Source: Octopus bimaculoides
Taxonomy: Eukaryota
NCBI RefSeq assembly: GCF_001194135.2
Contig: NC_069006.1
Coordinates: 20,093,651-20,142,947 of the forward strand
Reading direction: 5' to 3'
DNA: 49,297 bases
The translations under genes were made by a program, and so were the position numbers. Positions 27,052 to 38,129 of the stretch are shown piece after piece. Each line of letters begins with the position of its first letter. Positions within the stretch are counted from its first letter, which is position 1. The notes beneath the pieces were generated by a model. It ran no database searches and was not told the origin of the DNA. It saw only the letters and a program-made list of their open reading frames with translations.

Positions 27052-27623
27052 ATATATATATCTTTCAGCAAAATAAGTCATCTGCCGGTCATTGTAAAAT
27101 GCATCAAAATGGTGCTCTGGTAAAAATAACAAAACAAAAACTAATGTGTCTTGGAGATGACCAATATTAAGCCAGAGATGAGAACTGCTTTCTTAGCATG
27201 TGCAATACAAAGTCCTGGTTGTATCTAACTTTGCAGTTATATTTATGTCAACATCAGGTGATTTATATTCTCCTGAGCTAGAATTAAAACCTTATTAAAA
27301 GTTTGAATTTTAGGCTTTATCTATAATGCTACTATTTGATAATGAAATTAGATTATCAACAAGAGAATAAATTTTTGGTGTTGTTTAGAAGAAAAATGAA
27401 GTTGATAATTTTAAAGGAAATATAATATTGAACAAAACATTTCATCTTGCATTGCTTTAACGAGCACTTTGACAACTGATGTGTAGTAGAATGTGCACTT
27501 TTACAGGCGATGTTGATTCGATGGAGGGAGTAAGCTAATGTACACCACAAACATTTGAACAAGCTATTCAGTAAAAAATTGCAAGATCCTTATCAGTCAT
27601 CTAGGACAGAAGGGTCCATCATA

Positions 27624-27854
27624 CTGGGTTGGTGCATAACTACTGCAGCTTTTTTTCAACAAATTGTATTTAACAAAAACAATAACAATATTTAATAAAA
27701 ACATCTTTAAATGACGGTCTAACCGTCTACCAAGTAAATTGGAAGCAGTAATTGAAGTAGATGGTGAATATGCTCCAGAATAATCATTTAAAGATGTTTT
27801 TGTTGAATAAAATTTGTTGAAAAAAAACCCCACAATAATTATGCACCAGCCCAA
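27624..27854 (+). mobile_element. Mariner-derived MITE (~231 bp) with TA target-site duplication
   Basis: TIRs CTGGGTTGGTGCATAA / TTATGCACCAGCCCAA flanked by TA; internal NRLPSKLEAVIEVDGEYAPE* resembles a mariner transposase C-terminus. Confidence 0.75.
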
Positions 27855-27877
27855 TATATATATGTGTGTGTGTGTGT

Positions 27878-28139
27878 GTGAAGGTGCATGGCCTAGTGGT
27901 TAGGCTGTTGCACTCACGATCATTAGATTGTGGGTTTGATTCCTTCATTGGGCGGTGCATTGTGTTCTTGAGTGAAATACTTTGTTTCACGTTGCTCCTT
28001 TCGATCAGGGGGAGATTGCTGGCCTGATTACCTAGCCAGCAGGGTGGCGTCATTTGAAGGCTAAAACAATGCAAAAAAAGTGCATTGTGACCAGTGATGT
28101 ATAATAACATCTGATAGCCTGGTCGGTCACGTAATCATA
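27878..28139 (+). mobile_element. tRNA-derived SINE with a 16039-like head and a different tail
   Basis: GTGAAGGTGCATGGCCTAGTGGTTAGG head, B-box-like GGTTTGATTCC; distinct 3' part. Confidence 0.7.
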
Positions 28140-29794
28140 TGAGATATATATATATATATATATGTGCACACCTGTAAAGCAGAAGCGTGTGTGCTTCTGT
28201 GTAGGTTGTTCAACAAGAAATCGCAGAAATGTCTTTCTCAAACTTGAGAGACTAATAAAAAAAATAATAATAATACTAAATATTACAATGGTCAAAGGAA
28301 GCTGAAAACATTATGGCTTGAGGTTAGCAACATTAATGTATTTCAATGTTGAATTAAATATTCACTATCTTCAGTATTTTTATAAATGATGACGATAAAG
28401 AATGAAGGGTAACATGGAGTTGAGGTAAAACAATTCTGAAGAAATTTCAAAGACAGTTTGGTGAAAAGCATGTTTGTAATTAACACAAAAAAAAAGAAAG
28501 AAAATCACTGAAGTGTGAGAAAAATGTATATTATTTGGTTTTCACAATTACTGTAGATGCTTGTGTCTAAGATGTGCTGTTTTTTTAGTTCTTAAATGTT
28601 ACAAAAAATTGCTATACGGGCCTAATGCATCCACATTATGGATGGGATCCCAAATGTATGACTTGTAGGGTAAGCATATTAGATTTGTTCTTTTACACAA
28701 AAAAATGTAGGGGTTTGTCAAAGACAAGAGTGTCTTTGACAAATATGGTATTCTTTTAAAACCTAAAAGAAAAGGCAACTTGAATTGTTTGACAAAGGTT
28801 AGGTGAAATATGTTATTTACAAAATGTGTAGTCAATGACATGGTATTACCCAGTTTATACAAACAACTACAGGTTTTTAAGAATTTTTATCAGTGATGTG
28901 GCAAAGACACTCCTGAATAATTAAAAAACACATAATAGCTTGTGAGGGTTAATGGTTCATGTTGCCTTATCTGGAATGATTAATGGGTACAATTACAAAT
29001 GAATTAATTACAATTTTGGAGACACCAAATTAAGACAGCTCATTTGTGCACTGTGATACATCAGGTAAAGAAACATGTTGGATTAATTGTTAGAATTGAG
29101 AAGACTTGACTTGTCATTGGACAGATGACCGAAGGCAGTTTATGTGAGTAAAAAAAAAAACAACAGATTGTGTTGTGGTGTTGTATGTACAAGGTTTTTT
29201 TTTGTATGAGTTTCATACAAAATTCTTTAAAAATGTGATAAAATTTCACACATTTTAAAACTCTATAAATAAGTGGCATATAAATGAATGCATGTGTGTA
29301 TGTGTCTTGTCTTTATATATGTGTATCTGTGTGTTTATATATGTGTGTTGTGTTTATGTATGTGTATCTATATAAACACACACACACCACTGACTTTCCA
29401 GCAACTGATGGTTGGTCTAGAACATTCTGTTACCCATATAAATTACAAGGGGGAACTTGTGAATTTACATGCATTATTTACACTGCAGTTGTTAGCGGTG
29501 ATACCAAAAACTTCACAGTTCCTCTGCTTATTTAGCTTAAACTTATTCTTAGCTCTGGCTACTTCAAGTACGAGAACCAAAATCACCAGTGGTAGCGTCA
29601 AATATAACACAAATCTATATTTGTCCAGCATAAAAATTGGATGCTGGTATTTCAGTATGTGACACTAGTTCACATGATATTAAGAAGCAAAGGGACAAAA
29701 TATTGAAGTGACCATGGACGATCTGGCAAAATGATTAATTCTTCAATGCTTTAGATTCTAGGACACTGGAAAATTAGTGGTGTACATACGTGTA

Positions 29795-29851
<57 letters not shown>

Positions 29852-30313
29852 NNNNNNNNNNNNNNNNNNNNNNNNNNNNNNNNNNNNNNNNNNNNNNNNN
29901 NNNNNNNNNNNNNNNNNNNNNNNNNNNNNNNNNNNNNNNNNNNNNNNNNNNNNNNNNNNNNNNNNNNNNNNNNNNNNNNNNNNNNNNNNNNNNNNNNNNN
30001 NNNNNNNNNNNNNNNNNNNNNNNNNNNNNNNNNNNNNNNNNNNNNNNNNNNNNNNNNNNNNNNNNNNNNNNNNNNNNNNNNNNNNNNNNNNNNNNNNNNN
30101 NNNNNNNNNNNNNNNNNNNNNNNNNNNNNNNNNNNNNNNNNNNNNNNNNNNNNNNNNNNNNNNNNNNNNNNNNNNNNNNNNNNNNNNNNNNNNNNNNNNN
30201 NNNNNNNNNNNNNNNNNNNNNNNNNNNNNNNNNNNNNNNNNNNNNNNNNNNNNNNNNNNNNNNNNNNNNNNNNNNNNNNNNNNNNNNNNNNNNNNNNNNN
30301 NNNNNNNNNNNNN

Positions 30314-30351
<38 letters not shown>

Positions 30352-30508
30352 TATATACACACATACAAAGTATGGGGGTTTAGTTCACAGGTGATCTAAA
30401 TGATTAGGTATGCTAGGTACGTGCTGTAATGGATTATTTAGGGCTCCAAGGTTACAGCCGAGACGGTAGTTATGGAGCCATTGCAGATTTTCCAATATAG
30501 CGGATATA

Positions 30509-30623
30509 TAATTGTTAAAGGGGACAGCAAACGTTGAGGCAAGGCAAACATTCCAATAATAATAATATATATGACTTGAGATGTTTGCCTTGCCTTAACG
30601 TTTGTTGTTCTCTTTAACAATTA
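30509..30623. repeat. Inverted repeat with 48-bp arms and 19-nt loop
   Basis: 30509-30556 vs reverse complement of 30576-30623: 42/48 identical. Confidence 0.9.
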
Positions 30624-31756
30624 TACATATATATGCATGTGTGTATATACATATATGCATGTGTGTTTATGTATGTGTGTGTGTGTGTAACCTGTTCTCA
30701 AAAGAGTTGTTTTTCTAAAGATTTCCAGATTATTATTATTATTTGTACAGGAATCCTTTAACTAAAAAAAATTTTTGGTTTTGGTTTTGGTTTTATTTCT
30801 CTACAAAGAATTTACTAGGAAAAACAAAAACAAAAAAAAATGGAAGATTTTGAAAATTTAGGAAATGGATTTCTCATTGCTTTAGTAATAAAAGAGAAAA
30901 AGGTGTTTTCTGATTTAAGGAACTAATTTGTTCTAAATGTAATTAGTCAATTTACACTTAAAAATTACTGAAATATAAAAAAAAAAAAGAAAAGGAAATA
31001 AATAGATGCATGTGTGGCTGAGTGGGTAAGAAGCTTGCTTCTCAACCATAGGATCCTTGGTTCAGTCCCACTATGCCTTCTACTAACAGTTCTTGGATTA
31101 TCAAAAGTAATAAAATGCTACTTATTCAATAAAATATTCCCTAACAAATCACTGCTATCTACCCTTCATACTGAACTTGATAAAAATCAGGTCTTTTATC
31201 TTTTATTCATTTCAATCATAAGACTGCAGCCATGCTGGAGCACTGCAACCATGCTGGAGTACTGCAGCCATGCCAGGGTACAGCAGCGATGCTGAGGTAC
31301 TGTAAACATGCCAGGGTACTGCAACAATGTTAGGATACTACCTTGAAGAGTTTAGTCAAATAAACCAACCCCAGAAACTATTCTTCTTAATCCTCATTAC
31401 TATTCGGGCTTCTTTCAGCTTATGTTAGCCAAATCTACTCACAAAGCTTTGGTTGGCCTGAGGCTATAGAAGACACTTGCCTGAGGTGCCACACAGTGGG
31501 ACTGAACCTGAAACCATGTGCTTGGGAGGCAAAAACATCCTGTCAAACAGCCATGCCTGTGTCTATCAGGTTGAATAAGAAAAAAAAAATATCTTTCCTA
31601 GTTTGAATTAATATTGAAACATTAAAACAATCCCTGAGCTGTTTGGTTTAGAGCTTAACAGTAATGCGCATGAGGAGATGTTCATTCATATCTGGGCATT
31701 ACAGAGTTAAAACAGAGTGTAAATATTCGTAGCTATACCTGACAATGTTTTCACTA

Positions 31757-31810
31757 TCAGACAAAAACAGGAACTACATCAGGTGGAAGGTGCCAAACAT
31801 AATCATCAAA
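31757..31810 (-). CDS. RSKR: Kinase exon 14, last (FDDYVWHLPPDVVPVFV*)
   Basis: Acceptor TTTTTCTATATTTCAG; completes a hydrophobic-motif-like FSE|FDDY; TGA at 31759-31757; total CDS 1209 nt = 402 aa + stop. Confidence 0.72.
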   Translation of the reverse strand, partial: FDDYVWHLPPDVVPVFV

Positions 31811-32131
31811 CTGAAATATAGAAAAATGAGAATGATAATAATAATAATAATAATCTTTTCTTAATTGGTCACAAAGGTTTATGAAAAAACGTTGTTATGT
31901 ATGAAACTGACATTTACTGATACAAATAGCGAAAGAGTTGTCAGAATGGTTGCTCCCTTTGTTCTATTAGCTATGCTACTGACATACATATAGTAATTCC
32001 TTGCCATATTGCAGATTCACCTATTGCAGTTTATTATTTAAGCTTACGTCAATTCCTCTGTGGTGGTGTTTTGCATTTATAATAAAATAAATATACATAA
32101 ATTATAAAAGTAATAAAAAAAAAATATATAG

Positions 32132-32220
32132 TACAGTACTGTTTCTACTTTGCAGATTTTTCACCTATCGCAAGGGTTTTTGGAATGTAACACCCACAAA
32201 AGTCAAGGGATTACCGCATA
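32132..32220. mobile_element. Inverted second copy of the short Tigger-like MITE
   Basis: Reverse complement aligns with 34109-34190 by eye. Confidence 0.65.
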
Positions 32221-32904
32221 TACAAACATAAATAGATACATCAGAGGCATGGCCAGTTAAGAAGTTAGTGGGAGCGAGCACACCAAACGATTTTTAAGTC
32301 ATTTCTCTTATGTTACGCAAAATATTTCATTAGTTCTGATATACGTAATTGTATTCTACATTCATGTCATTATGTGTGTAACTTACAACTACTGACACTA
32401 AAAGAGTTAAAAAAGAAATGTCGAAAAGGTGTCAATTTTGAAAAATGTGTTTGGTGGAGGAGCAGTCACTCTCCTATCAGTTATGCCACTGCTACCCACC
32501 CTCATATGATGCAAACTAGAAGAATACTCTATAGCAAGATACTTCTGCTTGTCCCTCTATGATATTTTAGCCTTCAACACCAGGCATAAAGCCACCTCTC
32601 CTTTCCAAATACATTCCCACTCAGTCGAGGGGGCTTTTTCCTTTTCCTTACTTGGCGACCTCACTAGAGCTGGTGTCATGTAAAAGGAACCCAGAAGACA
32701 CAGTAAAGTGGTTGGTGTTATGAGTAAAGAAGAGGAAGCAGTGGAGGAGGGCAAATGTTATTGGCCAGATACAGTCTGTCTCCTCTACAAGGTTCTGTGG
32801 ATCTGAGATTCTTCTCTCTACGGAGAAGAGCATCCTTGGGAAGAAGATAGAATACTTTACTGATTTCCTAAATCCAGTCACAATAAAATTTTCTGGTGGA
32901 CACA

Positions 32905-33000
32905 AGTGGCATCCCAGTACACTCTGCATGTTAGTGGAACATCACTGAGACAAGTGGAGCAGTTTAGGTATCTCGGGGTGCCATATTCAACAGTGGTGGG
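32905..33000 (+). mobile_element. LINE (RTE-like) remnant
   Basis: LHVSGTSLRQVEQFRYLGV resembles L.QVE.FKYLGV. Confidence 0.55.
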
Positions 33001-33056
33001 ATGCAAGAGGCTGATTGGATGCCACACACACACACACAACAATAACAACAACTTAC

Positions 33057-33155
33057 TTCAGAGAATTCATTTGTTGATTCATTGTAGGTGTAGCTTTCTT
33101 CGCTTTCAGCAGGGACATCAAAGAAGTTCTCTACTACCAAAGTCCGAAGAGAGAT
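33057..33155 (-). CDS. RSKR: Kinase exon 13, acidic C-tail (ISLRTLVVENFF...TNEFSE)
   Basis: GTTGCAG acceptor; GAA|GTAAGT donor; 99 nt, open, phase 0/0. Confidence 0.8.
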
Positions 33156-33411
33156 CTGCAACAGACAAATATTCAAAATGGATGTTAAAAAAAAAACTGA
33201 ATAAAAGGTTAACTATATAAAAATGAAGTGATAGCAACATTTAAAATGGTCCACAACCACGGAACAAACCTTGCCACCGCTCATCATCAAAGTTAGAATG
33301 AAAGGTTTTATGTATCAATTTCAAAGCCCAGGACATATCTCCAAAAATGTAACTAAAACAAAGGAGATCCATTGAAAGTGCATTGATTGGTATTAAAATT
33401 GATGTTTGTAA

Positions 33412-33615
33412 AGTCATCATCATCATCATCGTTGTCATTTAACGTCTGTCTTTCATGCTGGCATGGGTTGGATGGTTTGACTGGAGCTAGCAAGCTAGAG
33501 AGCTGCACCAAGCTCCAGTTGTCTGTTTTGGCTTGGTTTCTATGGCTGGAAGCCCTTCCTAATGCCAACCACTTAACAGAGTGCGCTGGGTGATTTTTTA
33601 CGTGGCACCAGCACA
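33412..33615. mobile_element. Repeat family D ((CAT)n-TTTAACGTC...CATGCTGGCATGGGTTGG...GCCAACCAC)
   Basis: Related pieces at 19010-19100, 22630-22727, 34981-35160, 35555-35655, 42780-42845, 46280-46600. Confidence 0.7.
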
Positions 33616-33832
33616 GAAAAGAAGATATTAAAATGATGATGATAATGATGAGAGAGAGGAAAGAAATAGAAGGGAATGAAAGAGTATAAAGAAGTGAAAG
33701 TGAAAGTAGTCATACATAATGAAGTAAATCTCTTGCAGCTAAAGAGATTTAGGAAGAGAAAAGATCCAGGAAATAGATTATAACATCACGAAGAATTTTA
33801 GAATAAGAATGGAAGAATTGTTAGCAACACAC

Positions 33833-33934
33833 CTGTTTTTCAATTAAAGCTTTAAAGTTGATACCCCTAAAGAAGGGTAAATTCTGAAGTGAAAATAAAT
33901 CTGTAAGTCGTCGGTTGTGGCATTTGGTCAGCAA
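33833..33934 (-). CDS. RSKR: Kinase exon 12 (LLTKCHNRRLTDLFSLQNLPFFRGINFKALIEKQ)
   Basis: TTTTGTAG acceptor; CAG|GTGTGT donor; subdomain XI Arg and the AGC-type PFF.GI.F motif. Confidence 0.9.
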
Positions 33935-34108
33935 CTACAAAACAAACATTTAGAATAATTAAAGTCCAATATCTTTAATTTGTCTGGGTACAACTGCGTA
34001 AGACTAAACACTCCACCCCTATGTATTGCTTTATTATGTGGTTTGTAGACTGGTCCACTAAAGGAGCTTTTTTGTGAGTATCACCAGATTATAGAAATCT
34101 ATATATAG

Positions 34109-34190
34109 TACAGTAATCCCTCGACTATCGCAGGTGTTATGTTCCAAAATCCTCGCAATAGAAAATCTGTGAAGTAGAAAAAGTACTGTA
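34109..34190. mobile_element. Short Tigger-like MITE (TACAGTAATCCCTCG...AGTACTGTA)
   Basis: TACAGTA/TACTGTA ends; homologous inverted copy at 32132-32220. Confidence 0.65.
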
Positions 34191-34416
34191 GCGTACTTTT
34201 TTTAATAATTTGTATATATTTATTTTATTTATATATATATATATATTTTATTTATATATATACTGTTCAGTATTTACGCATCAAATAAAATTTATCTTTC
34301 TACTTGTTCTACAATACGTTTCAATGCTTCGAAAACAAACTTGCTTGTTGACATATGTTTGATTTAGTGAATACTTAATATTCCAACTCGTATCATTTGA
34401 AATATTTTTAACATAC

Positions 34417-34527
34417 CCGACTAACAACATGTGCACATTTTTCAGTGATGTATTCTGGGAGTTCATATTCACATTCAAATACATGCTGTGCCATCTCAAA
34501 ATGATTTACTGCTCCATCAATGGGATA
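34417..34527 (-). CDS. RSKR: Kinase exon 11 (YPIDGAVNHFEMAQHVFECEYELPEYITEKCAHVVSR)
   Basis: TTCCAG acceptor; CGG|GTATGT donor; phase 0/0; subdomain X. Confidence 0.9.
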
Positions 34528-34759
34528 CTGGAATGAAACGAAGATAAGAGATAAATATTCCACATTACCCACCAGCATTTCATTATACTTAATCTTTTAT
34601 ATTTTTCCTTCATATTTTTCAAACATTTCCATTTTACTTTTGCTAATACAATACCACTAATCACAGTTGACAGATCTCAGGTAAATGAACTGTTTGTAGG
34701 AGATTGTTTTTTTTTGTTTTTTTTTTTTGCATTTATTTTTACAGGAAANNNNNNNNNNA

Positions 34760-34966
<207 letters not shown>

Positions 34967-35716
34967 TTATGCAGTTGAATATTTAACATCTGTCTTTCAT
35001 GCTGGCATGGGTTGGGTGGTTTGACTGGAGCTAGCAAGTTGGAGAGCTGCACCAAGCTCCAGTTGTTTGTTTTGGCTTGGTTTCTATGGCTGGAAGCCTT
35101 TCCTAATGCCAACCACTTAACAGAGTGTGCTGGGTACATTTTTACGTGGCACCAGCACAGAAAAGAAGATATTAAAATGATGATGATGATGAGAGAGAGG
35201 AAAGAAATAATAGGGAATGAAAGAGTATAAAGAAATGAGAGAGAAAGAGAAAGTGAAAATAGAGAAAGAGAAAGTGAAAGTAGTCATACACAATGAAGTA
35301 AATCTCTTGCAACTAAAGAGATTTAGGAAGAGAAAAGATACAGGAAAGCTCCTTCTTGAGTCATATAGACCCATGGGGCCAGTATCTATGGATTTTCTGG
35401 CGTATATACCTACTGGATGGGCCACCGGTCTGTTGCAGGAATACACATTTTTGCCAGCGGAGTGAAGGAGAGCAATGTTTACTAACATCAACAATTCATC
35501 TTACAAACACCCAGATCATGAGCATTACACATTATAACCGCATGCCAAATCAGATTGGAGCCTGGTGTAGTTATCTGGTTCACCAGTCCTTAGTCAAATC
35601 GTCCAACCCATGCTAGCATGGAGAGCGGACGTTAAACGACAATGATGATGATGATCTAAGTCAAGTCTCCATTACAAACAAGAGATATTACTTGTGCACC
35701 ATATACTAATGTAATA

Positions 35717-35928
35717 TTGGTTTCAAATTGTGGCACAAGGCCAGCAATTTTAGGGGAAGGGGAAGTCAATTACATCAACCCCAGTGCTCAGCTGGTACTT
35801 ATTTTACCAACCTCGAAAGGATGAAAGGCAAAGCTGACCTCAGTGGAACTTGAACTCAGAACACAGCAACGGATGAAATGTCGCTAAGCATTTTACCCGG
35901 CAGGCTAACGATTCTGCCAGCTCGCTGT
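35717..35928 (-). mobile_element. SINE family B, full length
   Basis: Reverse complement of 14482-14695. Confidence 0.8.
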
Positions 35929-35962
35929 CTTATTTATTAATTAATATAATGTTACTACTTAC

Positions 35963-36052
35963 CCATATACTGTAAAGTCCCACATACTGTCCGAGTCTTC
36001 TCTCCAATGTGTAGCCATTTAGCTAAGCCAAAGTCGGTGACCTGGATATGAC
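35963..36052 (-). CDS. RSKR: Kinase exon 9 ([30 protein letters not shown]; DFG and activation loop)
   Basis: TTTCAG acceptor; G|GTAAGT donor; DFG and TxCGTxxYM motifs. Confidence 0.96.
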
Positions 36053-36111
36053 CTGAAATGTTAAAGGCTAATATTTGAGATTGAAAAGTGTAACGTTGTA
36101 AACATTCTTTT

Positions 36112-36500
36112 ATTCTTTTGTTTCAGTCATTTGACGGTGGCCATGCTGGAGCACCGCCTCTAGTTGAACAAATTGACCCCAGGACTTATTCTTTGCAAGC
36201 CCGGTACTTATTCTATCAGTCTCTTTTGCCAAACTGTTAAGTTACAGGGACATAAACACATCAACATCAGTTGTCAAGTGATGGTGGGAGGACAAACACT
36301 GACATACACAAAATATATACGTACATATACATATATATATGACGGGGTTTCTTTCAGTTTCTGTCTACCAAATCCACTCACAAGGCTTTGGTCGGCCCGA
36401 GGCTATAGTGGAAGACACTTGCCCAAGGTGCCACGTAGTGGGACTGAACCCAGAACCATGTGGTTGGGAAGCAAGCTTCTTACCACACAGCCACTCCTGT
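36112..36500 (-). mobile_element. SINE family C
   Basis: Colinear with 41953-42335. Confidence 0.85.
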
Positions 36501-36799
36501 ACCAGTTTAAAACATGTTTAAAATTGCTAGAAACTATTATTCCAGGTAAAAGGAAAATCATTAACAACTTCATCATTTAACTGTAATAAATAATAGGCTT
36601 TTAATCACATAAAAATAGTTTTGTATTCTTTACTACAGAAATATCTAGTAGGCTTCATCTTCAAAAAACTGGGCTTTTTTCAACAGTAGAGTGATGAGCA
36701 AATAGAAAAGGTTGTATTTCCTTAACATTTTGGTTGTTCCGTGTCACAGTTAGTCAGCTTATCTCAATCATCTTTGCCCACTTATTCCTGGGACGATTG

Positions 36800-36905
36800 T
36801 TGGGGGATGAGACCTTGAGTATGCCTGTTAGGTTTGATAGGTTTGTTGATGTGTGCAGCTCAACAGGAATGAAAATCAACGCTGTGAAGACTAAGATGCA
36901 TGCAA
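36800..36905 (+). mobile_element. LINE reverse transcriptase remnant
   Basis: FVDVCSSTGMKINAVKTKM resembles the GLKINxxKTKxM RT C-terminal motif. Confidence 0.55.
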
Positions 36906-37178
36906 TTGTCTAACCTTGCAGGCATTTATATGAAAATTGTTAAATCCTTGGTTCACACATAGGGTGTAAGATTAACAGAGATTAGCTATAAATACATTTG
37001 GGTTTAGCTTTCATTTATCATCTTGGAATATTAATGAAGACTAGAATCAAATCAAAAACTTGGTGGTTGGTAAGTTCTCTTGAATTAATTCACATTTGGT
37101 CTTAGTTAATAACTAAGACCAAATTTCATGATGCTGTGATATATAATAATTCAGAAATATTTATCTTGTGGTACTTAC

Positions 37179-37206
37179 CGTCATAGTCAAAAAGTATATT
37201 CTCCAT
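37179..37206 (-). CDS. RSKR: Kinase exon 8, 28-nt microexon (MENILFDYD)
   Basis: TTTGTAG acceptor; G|GTAAGT donor; completes RDMK|MENIL, matching the KMENILL motif I recall from RSKR. Confidence 0.92.
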
Positions 37207-37782
37207 CTACAAATAAGAGAGAAACATATTAACAATGGATATTTATTAGGAGAAGGTTTACATAATTCATGTTAAGAAACAATGCAGTACTTTCCTCAGG
37301 AACCGATTGTTGCCTTTCAAAACTAGAGCTTCACTGCTGGGTTATGTGTATCCTTCCGCGGCTAGCAGTGATTGGATGTTTTGGGCAAAGCACGACTGTG
37401 CTATGCTACCACAACAAAATAGTGCTAATATGTCTCGCTACAAATTCAACACCCTGATCACTAAGCCATGTGCCTCCAGCCTCAACTAAGTCGGGGAGTA
37501 TTATTGAAGGAGGTGGCTTTGTGCCAGGTGACAAGAGGCCTAAGTATGTCAGAGAGACAGGAACAGGTGTCTTGCTGTAAGGCGATATATAGTTACCCAG
37601 TTGTAAAATAAGGAAAATGGCAGTGAAGATGTTTCAAGATGTACCTTTAAGTTACAGAAAGACAAATTACAAGAAAGAAACTTGCTCTGAAGATTCAGTG
37701 ACAGAAATCCTAATGTTTTTGTTTTTGTTGGTGAAAAAAAAAAAAAAAGTGGGAATGGATTTAAAGATTTTCAGTTACTTAC

Positions 37783-37823
37783 TTTCATATCTCTATAAAT
37801 AACTCCAGATTTATGAAGATAGC
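37783..37823 (-). CDS. RSKR: Kinase exon 7 (SYLHKSGVIYRDMK; catalytic loop, 41 nt)
   Basis: TTCTAG acceptor; AAA|GTAAGT donor; YLH..GVIYRD motif. Confidence 0.94.
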
Positions 37824-37909
37824 CTAGAATTAAAAAATATGGAAAAGAAATATTTTTGTATAATAAAGTTTTTGACTTTTTGAAATTTTATAGAGTACTA
37901 GTTTAAAAC

Positions 37910-38129
37910 ATAACCCTTTTGTTACTGTATTTATTTTGAGATGCTCTGTGTTTCTTTCAATTATGTTAAATATAAAAAAGAATTTAGTAAAATAACTTAG
38001 TCATCATTCAGCTGGTGTTAGGAACATAAATTGTGACTAAGGAAGATTTTAATTCAAATCTTATGAAAACAAGATATTTGTACTCAGAGCCAGAACCAGT
38101 TTTGGCCAGGTTGGTAACAAAAGGATTAA
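37910..38129. mobile_element. Second copy of the same piggyBac-like MITE, inverted relative to 43293-43512
   Basis: Reverse complement aligns end to end by eye (about 88-90% identity, one ~8-bp indel). Confidence 0.85.

Noticed and set aside
5478-30399. Long ORFs with X-runs or YIYI/HTHT/CVCV tracts (e.g. 5478-6191, 17751-18694, 19588-20514, 29751-30399, 13901-14352, 20896-21334, 23312-23799)
   Set aside because: Artefacts of N-gaps and TA/CA microsatellites, which lack stop codons.
31900-31993. Plus-strand hydrophobic stretch ERVVRMVAPFVLLAMLLTYI* resembling a GPI signal
   Set aside because: Lies in the kinase last intron with a poor acceptor and no linked upstream exon.
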